A stretch of 41,383 bases of DNA, from positions 1-41,383 of IMG/VR virus record IMGVR_UViG_3300016476_000410, one strand, 5' to 3'. The position numbers and the translations under genes were made by a program. The DNA is from a virus (lineage: Duplodnaviria > Caudoviricetes). The notes beneath the pieces are model-generated. The model had not been told where the DNA came from. It saw only the letters and a list, made by a program, of their open reading frames with translations, and did not search any database. Below, piece after piece: positions 1-8,859 of this stretch. The first letter of the stretch is position 1. Every line of letters begins with the position of its first letter.

Positions 1-1
1 A

Positions 2-784
2 AAGTTATATGTTTACTCAATGAATGCAGTTGCAAACCATAAAGGGGTAAAAGTTTATGCTGAAAGCGGAACTAATACAACAGGTTTATACGTAGAATCT
101 CTTGTGTCAACAGCAGGAGATGGTATAGGAGCAGAAATAATATCAACACAAAATACAGTAGGTGTAACTACTTATGGTGTTAAAGCGTATGGTAAAGGTG
201 CAGGTGGACTTGATTTAGCACGTTCCCTTGTGTCTTATGGTCTTTGGGCGGAATCTAATGGTGGTGTTCAAAATATAGGTTTGTATGCAAAAACTTATGG
301 AACTTCAGGAACAAATTATTCTTGTCAATTGATAGACGGAACAGAAAACGTTGATAAGATATTAAAATCTGTAACAAGTGATGGTAAAGCAAACTGGGCG
401 AACTTTCCTTGTGAAGTTCAATTAGCGTGTTCAGATGAAACAACAGCATTAACTACTGGTGTTAAAACTACAATTAGAATACCTAACAATATGAGAGTAA
501 CAGAGGTTAGAGCATCTTTGACAACACCTCAAACATCAGGTAGTATCTTAACAATTGATTTATTACAAGGGGGTGTGTCAAGTATTTTTGGCACGAAACT
601 AACTGTTGATAATGGAGAAACGACATCGAAAACTGCCTCAACACCTCCTACATTTAGCGCAACTCCCCCAACGTCTTATTATTTAGCAGATGATACTGAA
701 ATTAAGGTGTCAATCACTCAAATTGGAGATGGTACTGCAAAAGGTCTTAAAATATTAATTAAAGGATATAGAGTGTCATGGTAA
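2..784 (+). CDS. Tail fibre protein, 5'-truncated; paralog of the C-terminus of 39243..41135
   Basis: Frame is open from position 2; shares DGTE..K.LKSVT.DGKANWA, QLA.SDETTALTTG, EVRASLTT.Q.SG and QIG.GTAKGLKI with 39243..41135. Confidence 0.8.
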   Translation, partial: KLYVYSMNAVANHKGVKVYAESGTNTTGLYVESLVSTAGDGIGAEIISTQNTVGVTTYGVKAYGKGAGGLDLARSLVSYGLWAESNGGVQNIGLYAKTYGTSGTNYSCQLIDGTENVDKILKSVTSDGKANWANFPCEVQLACSDETTALTTGVKTTIRIPNNMRVTEVRASLTTPQTSGSILTIDLLQGGVSSIFGTKLTVDNGETTSKTASTPPTFSATPPTSYYLADDTEIKVSITQIGDGTAKGLKILIKGYRVSW

Positions 785-1584
785 TTAATCCTTATATATA
801 TGGTGGGTTTGACCCTGATGCTTTGTTATTTATAACTAACGCATCTATTACAGATACAACTCAAAAAAGTGCAATTAATCAGTTAGTTTCAGATTTAAAA
901 TCTGCTAACATTTGGACAAAAATGAAGGCAATCTACCCATTTGTTGGTGGAACAGCAAGTTCTCATAAATTTAACTTAAAAGACCCAAGAGATTTAGATG
1001 CTGCTTATAGATTGGTATTTAATGGAGGATGGACGCACAGCTCAACTGGTGTGTTACCTAATGGTACAACAGCGTATGCCAATACATTCCTATCACCTAA
1101 TTCACGATTAAATTTAACATCAAATCACTTCTCTTATTACAGTAGGTCTAATATTGCAGCGGCACAACAAATAGAAATGGGTGTTGCCGACAATTTAGCT
1201 GAAACTCCACTAATCGCTTTTTCTATACGATTCACTGGTGATATATATAGATATTTTAACCCTGATTATAATGTTACTAATATATCAACATCAAATACGG
1301 ATTCAAGAGGATTCTATGTAGGTTCAAGAACCGCTAATAATTCTCATAAAACATTTAAAGATGGTAATCAACAAGGTGTTAATACTACCACAATAACACA
1401 AAGCACTTTACCATCATCTAACTTATATATAGGTGTTTATAACTTTGCACCTGGTGCGCCAGCGGCTTATTCATCAAAGGAATCAGCATTCGCATCAATC
1501 GGAGATGGTCTAACAGACGCAGAAGTGACAGCATTCTACAACGCAGTACAAAACTTCCAAACTACTTTAGGTAGACAAGTGTAA
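778..1584 (+). CDS. Tail-fibre-associated beta-rich (lectin-like) protein
   Basis: Follows the fibre gene; N-terminus closely matches the partial ORF at 41137. Confidence 0.65.
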   Translation: MVINPYIYGGFDPDALLFITNASITDTTQKSAINQLVSDLKSANIWTKMKAIYPFVGGTASSHKFNLKDPRDLDAAYRLVFNGGWTHSSTGVLPNGTTAYANTFLSPNSRLNLTSNHFSYYSRSNIAAAQQIEMGVADNLAETPLIAFSIRFTGDIYRYFNPDYNVTNISTSNTDSRGFYVGSRTANNSHKTFKDGNQQGVNTTTITQSTLPSSNLYIGVYNFAPGAPAAYSSKESAFASIGDGLTDAEVTAFYNAVQNFQTTLGRQV

Positions 1585-1603
1585 CTAATTAAAAATAAAT
1601 AAT

Positions 1604-1816
1604 ATGCAAGTAGTAAAAATTACACAAGAACAAAAAGACCTTTTAATCGGTCAAACATGGGACGAAGTTACATTCTTCAACCCTACTTTAGATGCTGATA
1701 ACAATTGGTTCGTCTCACAAGAAGAAGTAAATGGTTGTAATAAGCCAGAGTTTCAATGGTTAAAATCATGTGAATTGATTGAACATAACCCTATAGTAGT
1801 AAACTTTCCTTATTAA
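1604..1816 (+). CDS. Small tail-fibre-associated protein (possible assembly chaperone)
   Basis: 70-aa ORF with A-rich leader inside the fibre cluster; function inferred from position. Confidence 0.55.
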   Translation: MQVVKITQEQKDLLIGQTWDEVTFFNPTLDADNNWFVSQEEVNGCNKPEFQWLKSCELIEHNPIVVNFPY

Positions 1817-1818
1817 TC

Positions 1819-3675
1819 ATGGCTTCAGCACTTCCAATAAAAATATATGTTAAAGGTAACTTTCTAATATACAAGAATGAAACAAACCTTTTCTTTGCTG
1901 ATAATGTAGAAAACGTATTATTAAGTAAAAACTCTACTTCATCTACTTCTTATTACTTGTATATGAGAGGTATTAACAAATTAATCAATGATATAGCTTT
2001 TGCTGATATTTCAGATGAAAATGGAAATGCGTATTCAACACAAGCATACTTTGAAAACTACATTTATACTAATACAGGTAATAGAGTTAGTTTACCATTA
2101 GTAAGTATTGGAGAGTTAAACGATGTAGCAATTTCAGCACCTTCTAACGGACAAGTTTTAGAATATAATTCAACTACTGGTAAATGGGAAAATGTATCTC
2201 CTTCTGCATTAGGTGGAGATATGACAAAAGCAGTTTATGATTACGATAATGATGGTGTAGTAGATAGTTCAGAGAAACTTGAATTTATTGGTAAAAACTC
2301 AACTGGCGTAACTATTGGTAAAACTAAAGTAGTTTACATTAGTGGTGCAACAGGTCAGTTACCTAATATTACATTAGCAGATGCAAGTTTAGAAGCTACA
2401 AGTTCTAAAACAATAGGTATAACAAGAACATCTATTGCAAATAATGCTGATGGATATGTTATTACTCATGGTAGAATACACGATATAGATACTTCTGCAT
2501 TTACCGATGGTGATATGTTGTGGTTATCAGAAACAGCAGGTGAATTTACTAATGTAATACCTTCAGAACCAGCTCATTCTGTATTTATTGGTTATGTAGC
2601 ATATGCACACCCAACAGCAGGTAAAATTATTTTACATATTCAAAACGGATATGAGTTAAACGAATTACACGGAGTTAGTGTATCTTCTGAAGTTAACAAC
2701 GATGTTTTACAATTTGAATCATCTACAGGTCTTTGGAAGAACAAACAATTAAGTATAGAACCACCAATAACAGCAGGAACAACTTCTCAATATTGGAGAG
2801 GAGATAAATCTTGGCAGACTTTAAATTCTACAGCAGTTGGATTAGGAAACGTTCCAAATACTGATGCTACAAACCCTGTAAATATTGTGCAAACATCTTC
2901 TTATAGGTTTGTAACTGATGCTGAAAAAGCAACTTGGAATGCTACTAATTTTCTTCCTGATATGAAAGGAAATGAAACATTTAGAGGTGTTAATTATTCA
3001 AATAACTCAACTACAGAAGTAACTTCAGGTGGTATTACTGTTTCTACAACTGCATCAGTCATTGCTCGTTCAGTAGCATCTACAAACTATGCTACAAAAC
3101 AAGTTAGAAAAGGTTTTTATGGTTCAGTTGTTTCAGCAGGTAGATATACTGGACAAAGAGGTACTGCATTACTTTGGTATATTGGTGGTGGATTTAAATA
3201 TACTTGTGATTTTTACATTAGTGATACTGCTTATGGTTCAGGTTGTCGACAATTTTATGGTTTACAAGGTTCTACAGCAGATTTAACTTATTCTGATACA
3301 GTTTTAGTATCTTCATTAATTAACTGTATAGGAGTAGGTTCAGATTCAGCTGATACAAATTTGCAAATATTTTATAACGATGGAACTGGAACAGCAAGTA
3401 AAATTGATTTGGGCGCAAACTTTCCTGCAAATAGAACAGCAGGTTCAGCATTAACAACTGTTTATTCTGTAGAACTATATAATGCACCTGCATCTACTTC
3501 TGTTTTATATCGTGTAACAAATAAAGAAACTGGAGTAGTAGCACAAGGAACATTATCTTCTGATTTACCTGCAACTACACAAGGACTTAATTTCTTTGCA
3601 TCTCGCTGTATGGGAGCAGGTATAACTAACACAGGTCAATTTGATTTATTAATTTTAGGTGTTTATTCAATATAA
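1819..3675 (+). CDS. Modular virion fibre/structural protein
   Basis: Two EL..V..S...N..VL...S.TG.W.N repeats and an ITAGTTSQYWRGDKSWQTL..AVGLGNV motif typical of phage fibres; T/S/G-rich. Confidence 0.7.
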   Translation: MASALPIKIYVKGNFLIYKNETNLFFADNVENVLLSKNSTSSTSYYLYMRGINKLINDIAFADISDENGNAYSTQAYFENYIYTNTGNRVSLPLVSIGELNDVAISAPSNGQVLEYNSTTGKWENVSPSALGGDMTKAVYDYDNDGVVDSSEKLEFIGKNSTGVTIGKTKVVYISGATGQLPNITLADASLEATSSKTIGITRTSIANNADGYVITHGRIHDIDTSAFTDGDMLWLSETAGEFTNVIPSEPAHSVFIGYVAYAHPTAGKIILHIQNGYELNELHGVSVSSEVNNDVLQFESSTGLWKNKQLSIEPPITAGTTSQYWRGDKSWQTLNSTAVGLGNVPNTDATNPVNIVQTSSYRFVTDAEKATWNATNFLPDMKGNETFRGVNYSNNSTTEVTSGGITVSTTASVIARSVASTNYATKQVRKGFYGSVVSAGRYTGQRGTALLWYIGGGFKYTCDFYISDTAYGSGCRQFYGLQGSTADLTYSDTVLVSSLINCIGVGSDSADTNLQIFYNDGTGTASKIDLGANFPANRTAGSALTTVYSVELYNAPASTSVLYRVTNKETGVVAQGTLSSDLPATTQGLNFFASRCMGAGITNTGQFDLLILGVYSI

Positions 3676-3676
3676 T

Positions 3677-3919
3677 ATGGAAACATTTACATTAACTTCA
3701 GAACAAAAAATTATAAATGATGTTGAAGTGCATTTATGTTTATATCCTACTAATACTTATTTATCTGATAAAATTGAGCATTGTCAATTATTAGATAGCA
3801 GTTTAGATATTAATACTCAAATTGCAGATTTAATAGCAATACATACACCATTAATGTTTTATAAAGTATTAGATATGGAAAATATACCACAAAGTATTAA
3901 AGATAATATACAATTATAA
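3677..3919 (+). CDS. Hypothetical protein
   Basis: ATG at 3677 directly after the upstream stop, preferred over the GTG at 3659. Confidence 0.6.
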   Translation: METFTLTSEQKIINDVEVHLCLYPTNTYLSDKIEHCQLLDSSLDINTQIADLIAIHTPLMFYKVLDMENIPQSIKDNIQL

Positions 3920-3931
3920 TACCAGTATAAC

Positions 3932-4804
3932 ATGTCAACAGAAAGATATAATAGAACAAAAAAATGTTTTAAACTAAAAAGAAAAAGGAATAGATTAATA
4001 AATCCTCCTGAAGAATATGCGACAAAAGATTGTTGCAATCCAATGCTTGTGTTAGCAAAAGTTGGCGAATATGAAACATGGAAAAATGATATTACTTCTG
4101 CATGGTGGAAACTTACTGATAAATTAACCGATGGCGTAGATTTTAAGCTATATAAAAAAGGTGATGTATTAGCAAGTTATCAGCCGAGCAAAGTTGAATT
4201 TACTTATGACGATGCTTATTATGCTACAATTAAATGGCAAGAAGTTCTCGGTTTAGATGGGGCAGGGTGTTATTATCTTAAAATTACATACACTATTGAC
4301 GGTCAAAATGGAGAGGTTATTTGGGGTGAATACAACTTACAGCCTTATTCATTAGAAACAGCTAAAGCAACTATCAGAGTTAAAGTAAATCTTAATCAAT
4401 ATTACTCTATTGACGATATTAACTTTAAATCAATGAATGTAGTTGATTGTTTAAGATTTGGAGGTTTCTTTGGTAATATGAATCCAAACTTTAAGATTGA
4501 TAATTTAATCTATGAAAATAGAAAGTTTGAGAACGTTCAAAGAGAGAGAATTGCTACATATACGATGTTTACAGACCCTTTAATGTTTAAATACACTGAT
4601 TTGTTACTAAATGTTTATTTGTTAGCAGAAAACAATATTTGGCTATCAGATTATAATTCATTTAATCATTCATGGTTTTTAAAAGATAAAGAATTAATAG
4701 TTAGTAATTCACCAGAAGTAGATTATAAAGAGTTTTCAAGATTAGCTTCAATAACTTGTGAGTTTACTGATAAAACAAGAAATAACTTAGCAAAATATGT
4801 ATAA
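3932..4804 (+). CDS. Hypothetical, probably structural/tail protein
   Basis: 290-aa ORF at the end of the structural cluster. Confidence 0.6.
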   Translation: MSTERYNRTKKCFKLKRKRNRLINPPEEYATKDCCNPMLVLAKVGEYETWKNDITSAWWKLTDKLTDGVDFKLYKKGDVLASYQPSKVEFTYDDAYYATIKWQEVLGLDGAGCYYLKITYTIDGQNGEVIWGEYNLQPYSLETAKATIRVKVNLNQYYSIDDINFKSMNVVDCLRFGGFFGNMNPNFKIDNLIYENRKFENVQRERIATYTMFTDPLMFKYTDLLLNVYLLAENNIWLSDYNSFNHSWFLKDKELIVSNSPEVDYKEFSRLASITCEFTDKTRNNLAKYV

Positions 4805-4825
4805 TATCAAAGTAAAATATTTAAT

Positions 4826-4833
4826 TAAATTTG
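4826..4833 (+). promoter_or_regulatory. Bacteroidetes-type -7 promoter element (TAAATTTG) for the lysis cassette
   Basis: Matches TAnnTTTG in the intergenic gap upstream of 4867. Confidence 0.5.
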
Positions 4834-4866
4834 CCAACTATATAAATGTTGAATAAAAATTGAATT

Positions 4867-5481
4867 ATGAATGAGATTAAAAATATTTTAGAGCAATTAC
4901 GTAAAACAAAAGTTCAAGTATTAATTATTTTACTTGTTGCTTTTGTTTTATTTTATTATAAATCTTTAATCACTAATGTTGTTGAAAGCAAAGTGAAAAA
5001 AGATGAAATAAAGCATGATATTAATAACAGCATTTTAATTCATCAGTTATTAAATGATTTAATGTTACGTTATAACGCGGATAGAGGTTATATTTTTAGG
5101 TTTCATAATGGTATAATGTATTATGATGGAACTCATAAAAATCATCAAAGTTTGGCGTATGAAGTATGTAATAGAGGGATAAGTAGCGAGGCTATGCAAT
5201 TACAAAATTTACCGACTTCTTTATTTCCACGTTTTTTACAAGAAATAATGCTTAATAAAATGTGTTATAGCGACATTAACGACATTAAAGAGAATGCCAC
5301 ACGAATAGCATTACATGAACAAGGTATAAAGAGTGTTGTAGCATGTCCAGTTTTTAAAAACGGAAAATTCACTGCTTATATAGGATTAGACTTTGTAAAA
5401 GATAGTCTAAGTGAAGATTTCAATTACCATGAATTTAAGAATCAAACAGATGAAATTGGAGCTATATTAAATGGTAAATAA
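4867..5481 (+). CDS. Membrane protein with GAF-like domain (candidate holin/lysis regulator)
   Basis: One N-terminal TM (VLIILLVAFVLFYY), then ADRGYIFRFHNG ... GIKSVVACPV ... YIGLDF GAF-like pattern; first gene of the lysis cassette. Confidence 0.6.
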   Translation: MNEIKNILEQLRKTKVQVLIILLVAFVLFYYKSLITNVVESKVKKDEIKHDINNSILIHQLLNDLMLRYNADRGYIFRFHNGIMYYDGTHKNHQSLAYEVCNRGISSEAMQLQNLPTSLFPRFLQEIMLNKMCYSDINDIKENATRIALHEQGIKSVVACPVFKNGKFTAYIGLDFVKDSLSEDFNYHEFKNQTDEIGAILNGK

Positions 5482-5624
5482 TGGCTAAAAAAAGTATATA
5501 TAGAAGATTTTATGAAGGTCAAAAGCTTGACGAAAGAATAGTCAAAGAAGTGTTTAGAAACATGGCAAAAACTGAATATCTAATCACTTTTACAAATGGA
5601 ACATATCAAATTTATAAATTTTAA
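5481..5624 (+). CDS. Small hypothetical protein (47 aa, MAKKSIYRRFYEG...)
   Basis: TAATG coupling to the upstream stop; fills the gap; below the ORF-track length cut-off. Confidence 0.5.
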   Translation: MAKKSIYRRFYEGQKLDERIVKEVFRNMAKTEYLITFTNGTYQIYKF

Positions 5625-5635
5625 AAATTAAAAAG

Positions 5636-5845
5636 ATGAACATTAAAGAAAGATTCAACGCACCAACTCCTCATTTCTGGAAAAAAGTTCAATCAATAGG
5701 TATAACAATAGGTGGTTTAGGAGCTATATTAATTGCACCTCCAATTGGATTGACAGTAGTAGGTGGATATTTAATCACAGCAGGTAGCATAATAGGAGTA
5801 TTAAGCCAATTAACAGTAGAAGATGGACAAAATAACATTAGATAG
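5636..5845 (+). CDS. Putative holin (two hydrophobic segments)
   Basis: 69 aa, hydrophobic core, overlaps the endolysin start. Confidence 0.6.
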   Translation: MNIKERFNAPTPHFWKKVQSIGITIGGLGAILIAPPIGLTVVGGYLITAGSIIGVLSQLTVEDGQNNIR

Positions 5846-6302
5846 AATAGAACTTGCACACCCTATAATTAGAAAGGAATTAAAGGCTTATTATATTGAA
5901 TGCAATAATTTATTGCCTAAAGGTGTTCGTTTGCGTTTTGCATATGTTTATAGAAGTGTAGCAGAACAAAATGCGTTATATAACCAGAAGCCTAAAGTAA
6001 CTAATGCAAAAGGTTTTCAATCAATTCATAATTATGGTTTAGCATTTGACTATGTTATACTTGAGGATAAGGATAAAAACGGAACTTTTGAATCTATAAA
6101 CTGGGATATAAATTCTAAATATCATAAAACAGTAATAGATTATTTTAAATCCAAAGGGTATGAACATGGTGGAGATTGGAAAAATTTTAAAGATTACCCT
6201 CATTTTCAAAAAGCATTTGGTTTAAATTGGCAAGAATTAAAAAGAAGATTAAGTATTGGATATATTATAGAAGATAAAAACATTAAATATCCTAAGATAT
6301 AA
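5823..6302 (+). CDS. Endolysin, peptidase M15 family (L-Ala-D-Glu peptidase-like)
   Basis: R...EQ..LY, SIHNYGLAFD (SxHxxGxAxD) and GGDW..FKDYPHFQ motifs. Confidence 0.9.
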   Translation: MDKITLDRIELAHPIIRKELKAYYIECNNLLPKGVRLRFAYVYRSVAEQNALYNQKPKVTNAKGFQSIHNYGLAFDYVILEDKDKNGTFESINWDINSKYHKTVIDYFKSKGYEHGGDWKNFKDYPHFQKAFGLNWQELKRRLSIGYIIEDKNIKYPKI

Positions 6303-6313
6303 CATTGATTATT

Positions 6314-6343
6314 AACGCATTTAGAAATATTTGCGTTTTTTTT
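6314..6343 (+). terminator. Rho-independent terminator after the endolysin
   Basis: AACGCA/TGCGTT stem followed by a T-run. Confidence 0.65.
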
Positions 6344-6353
6344 GTGCAAAATA

Positions 6354-6386
6354 TTTGCTTTTAACAATTATAATTGCATAAATTTG
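6354..6386 (+). promoter_or_regulatory. Bacteroidetes-type promoter (TTTG-N21-TAAATTTG)
   Basis: Both -33 and -7 elements upstream of ATG 6407. Confidence 0.65.
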
Positions 6387-6406
6387 TCAAAACAAAAAGA
6401 AAAAAC

Positions 6407-6793
6407 ATGACGAGAGAAAATGTAATTAGACATGTAGTAGGATATAAACCTGACTTTGTAAAAGATTCTGATGTTTCATTTGAGATTATAAATCATTCAA
6501 GACTTAAAATAAACTGGAATGGAATGGAAAGAACTTTTGAGGTTTTTTTATCTGAATGGAATCCAATTGACTTAGATGATGAATTTGATGAAGATGTAGC
6601 ATATTGTTTTACAACAAAAGATTTAATGCAATTATTTAGTCATTTTAGAGAGATTAACGTTTGTAATGACTGTTTAGGAACTGGTTATTACGAACAAAGA
6701 AAAGAGTGTTTTAAAAGTGCCAGTGAATGTTGCGGTGGTTGTTACGAAAACGTATTGTGTGATTGTGTAGATTCAATATTTCCAGTATTATGA
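6407..6793 (+). CDS. Hypothetical protein with Cys-rich C-terminus (CNDCLGTG...CCGGC...CDC)
   Basis: ATG 6407 lies downstream of the promoter; DnaJ-like CxxCxGxG, putative Zn-binding. Confidence 0.65.
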   Translation: MTRENVIRHVVGYKPDFVKDSDVSFEIINHSRLKINWNGMERTFEVFLSEWNPIDLDDEFDEDVAYCFTTKDLMQLFSHFREINVCNDCLGTGYYEQRKECFKSASECCGGCYENVLCDCVDSIFPVL

Positions 6794-7005
6794 AAAAAAA
6801 CATTTTAAAATCAATGTTTCATTTTGATAGGTTTGATGTAGAACAGTATCAAAAAGTAATGAACGCAAAAAATGGGATTGAAGAAATTGAAGAAATAAAT
6901 AAAAAGTTTGACTATCAACTATTTATGCTTAAAGTTTCAATTTTATTTTTCTTATCAGTATTAATCATTTTAAGTATTTTAACCTTATGTTATACAGCAG
7001 AGTAA
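6790..7005 (+). CDS. Hypothetical membrane protein
   Basis: ATGA overlap; C-terminal hydrophobic helix. Confidence 0.6.
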   Translation: MKKNILKSMFHFDRFDVEQYQKVMNAKNGIEEIEEINKKFDYQLFMLKVSILFFLSVLIILSILTLCYTAE

Positions 7006-7484
7006 TGTTTATAGATGATAGTGATGATGTATTTGTTTACAAATTACCAGATTCACTTACAGACAGCGAAATAGATTGGTATTTTAACGACTATTTAAAA
7101 GTAACTGGAGAATGGAAACGTGTTAACGATGTTAAGATACACAGAAGATTAAGTGTAGCTAAATATAAGACGTTATTTGCACCTAAATCATTTACAGAAG
7201 AAGTTAATCTAATTAAAGAGTATTTTTCTAAGAATAAATCGCGTGATGCTATTTGGATTCAAATGAAGTCTTATGCAAGTAAATATCTATACAAAAAAGG
7301 AATGATAATGGCTGATATAACAGAAGTTTTAGGTTATAGAAACCATACATCAATAATCTACTTGATTAATCAATATAAAGATTTTGATAAAAGATTAAAG
7401 TTTGATGATTTTATAGATATAGTAAAAGATGATGTTTATCCTCAGTATATAAATGGAAAATTAGAATATATTAAATTAAAATAA
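7005..7484 (+). CDS. Protein with DnaA domain IV-like helix-turn-helix
   Basis: DITEVLGYRNHTSIIY resembles the DnaA IG..FG.RDHTTV.H signature; TAATG coupling. Confidence 0.55.
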   Translation: MFIDDSDDVFVYKLPDSLTDSEIDWYFNDYLKVTGEWKRVNDVKIHRRLSVAKYKTLFAPKSFTEEVNLIKEYFSKNKSRDAIWIQMKSYASKYLYKKGMIMADITEVLGYRNHTSIIYLINQYKDFDKRLKFDDFIDIVKDDVYPQYINGKLEYIKLK

Positions 7485-7491
7485 AAGCAAA

Positions 7492-8136
7492 ATGAAAGTA
7501 GAATTATTAGAAGTATTTGGAAACGATTTAATGGTTTGCCAATCCGCAAGAGTTAGTTATTCAAAAGATGCAAGTAACTATTCAGTAGAACAAAACGATA
7601 AATTGATTAATTTCTTGGCTAAACACAATCACTGGTCACCTTTTTCACACCCAAAAATTCAGTTTAGATTGGAAATGCCAATATATGTGGAGCGTCAAAT
7701 AATCAAAACACAAGCAGGGGTAGAATATAATTCAATTAGTGGTAGATATGTAGATTTTTCAGATACTTACACTACAATTAAAGAGTGGCGTAAACAATCA
7801 AAAGATAGTAAACAGGGAAGTGCTGAAGCATTAAACAAAAATTTACAGCATTGGTGTAATGATATTGAAAAAAAAGTGATTAACGAATGCAAAACTGCTT
7901 ATGATAAATTAATAGAATTAGGTGTATCAAAAGAACAAGCGAGAACAATACTTCCTTTGAATTTAAACACCACTATGATTTGGACTGGTTCTCTTTACTC
8001 ATTCATTCGATTGTGTAAGCAGAGATTAAAAAAAGATGCTCAACAAGAAACTCGTGAACTTGTTCAGATGATGTTAGAGCAAGTAATAGAAAATGGTAGT
8101 TTTAATCAATCACTTAAAGCATACGAATTATTATGA
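7492..8136 (+). CDS. thyX: FAD-dependent thymidylate synthase
   Basis: SARVSY, HWSPFSH, NSISGRY, EQARTILP, WTGSL and R.K.DAQ.E.R motifs. Confidence 0.92.
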   Translation: MKVELLEVFGNDLMVCQSARVSYSKDASNYSVEQNDKLINFLAKHNHWSPFSHPKIQFRLEMPIYVERQIIKTQAGVEYNSISGRYVDFSDTYTTIKEWRKQSKDSKQGSAEALNKNLQHWCNDIEKKVINECKTAYDKLIELGVSKEQARTILPLNLNTTMIWTGSLYSFIRLCKQRLKKDAQQETRELVQMMLEQVIENGSFNQSLKAYELL

Positions 8137-8501
8137 TATTAGGACATGAAGATGTAACCTATGAATTAACTGAAGGTGAACTTGAAATAGCAAAAAAAAT
8201 CGCACCATTTTTAAAGTTAAAAACAAAAGAAAATCCAGTATTAGCTTCTGAAATAATTAATGGAGTTAATAAGAATTTAAATTTAAAAACTAAATTAACT
8301 GATGCAAGATTAAGAAAGATAATTAACTACTATCGTACAGAATCTATACTACCAGTTATTAGCAATAAAAAAGGGTATTATGTTAGTTATGAAGAAGATG
8401 AAATCAATCTAATGATACAAAGTCTTACACAACGTGCAAATAGCATTATACAAGCAAGTTTTGGAATGGGAAAATTATTAAAGAAAATTAAAGGAGATTA
8501 A
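8133..8501 (+). CDS. Winged-helix DNA-binding protein (putative)
   Basis: LTDARLRKIINYYR....PVIS..KGYY pattern. Confidence 0.6.
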   Translation: MILGHEDVTYELTEGELEIAKKIAPFLKLKTKENPVLASEIINGVNKNLNLKTKLTDARLRKIINYYRTESILPVISNKKGYYVSYEEDEINLMIQSLTQRANSIIQASFGMGKLLKKIKGD

Positions 8502-8511
8502 AGAAAATTAA

Positions 8512-8619
8512 TATTTTTGTAAAAAGTTACAGCATCTCACATTAAGTAACAAAGAAATTTTATTTGCCCTTTTGATGATTTGTGAGGTGAGATGCACAAT
8601 GAATCATTAGGGCTTTTTT
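8512..8619 (+). promoter_or_regulatory. Promoter plus structured leader/terminator (kissing-loop) upstream of replication genes
   Basis: TATTTTTG at 8512; GTTAC/GTAAC hairpin; GCCCT...AGGGC-TTTTTT terminator; loop sequences GCATCTCAC and GTGAGATGC are complementary. Confidence 0.6.
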
Positions 8620-8662
8620 ATTAACTAAAAGTTACTGGTAATCTTAAAACCTTTATTTTATT

Positions 8663-8857
8663 ATGAGTGTTACATTAAAATTTCACGACAAAACAACCCA
8701 ATTAGATTGGATAGAATTAAATGCCGACATTTTAGAAAATGATTTAATCTTTAAATTTTTTGAAAGTGAAAATCAATTGTGTTCGATATTTTTAGATAAA
8801 TCAACAGCTATCAAGTTAAGTAAAGAATTACGTAAACAAATTGCTTTAATAGATTAA
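8663..8857 (+). CDS. Hypothetical protein
   Basis: 64-aa ORF, first gene after the leader. Confidence 0.65.
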   Translation: MSVTLKFHDKTTQLDWIELNADILENDLIFKFFESENQLCSIFLDKSTAIKLSKELRKQIALID

Positions 8858-8859
8858 TT

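Noticed and set aside
330-1021. Diversity-generating retroelement (TR/VR pair with 40690-41383)
   Set aside because: No reverse transcriptase; differences involve all bases and indels, many synonymous, not adenine-specific.
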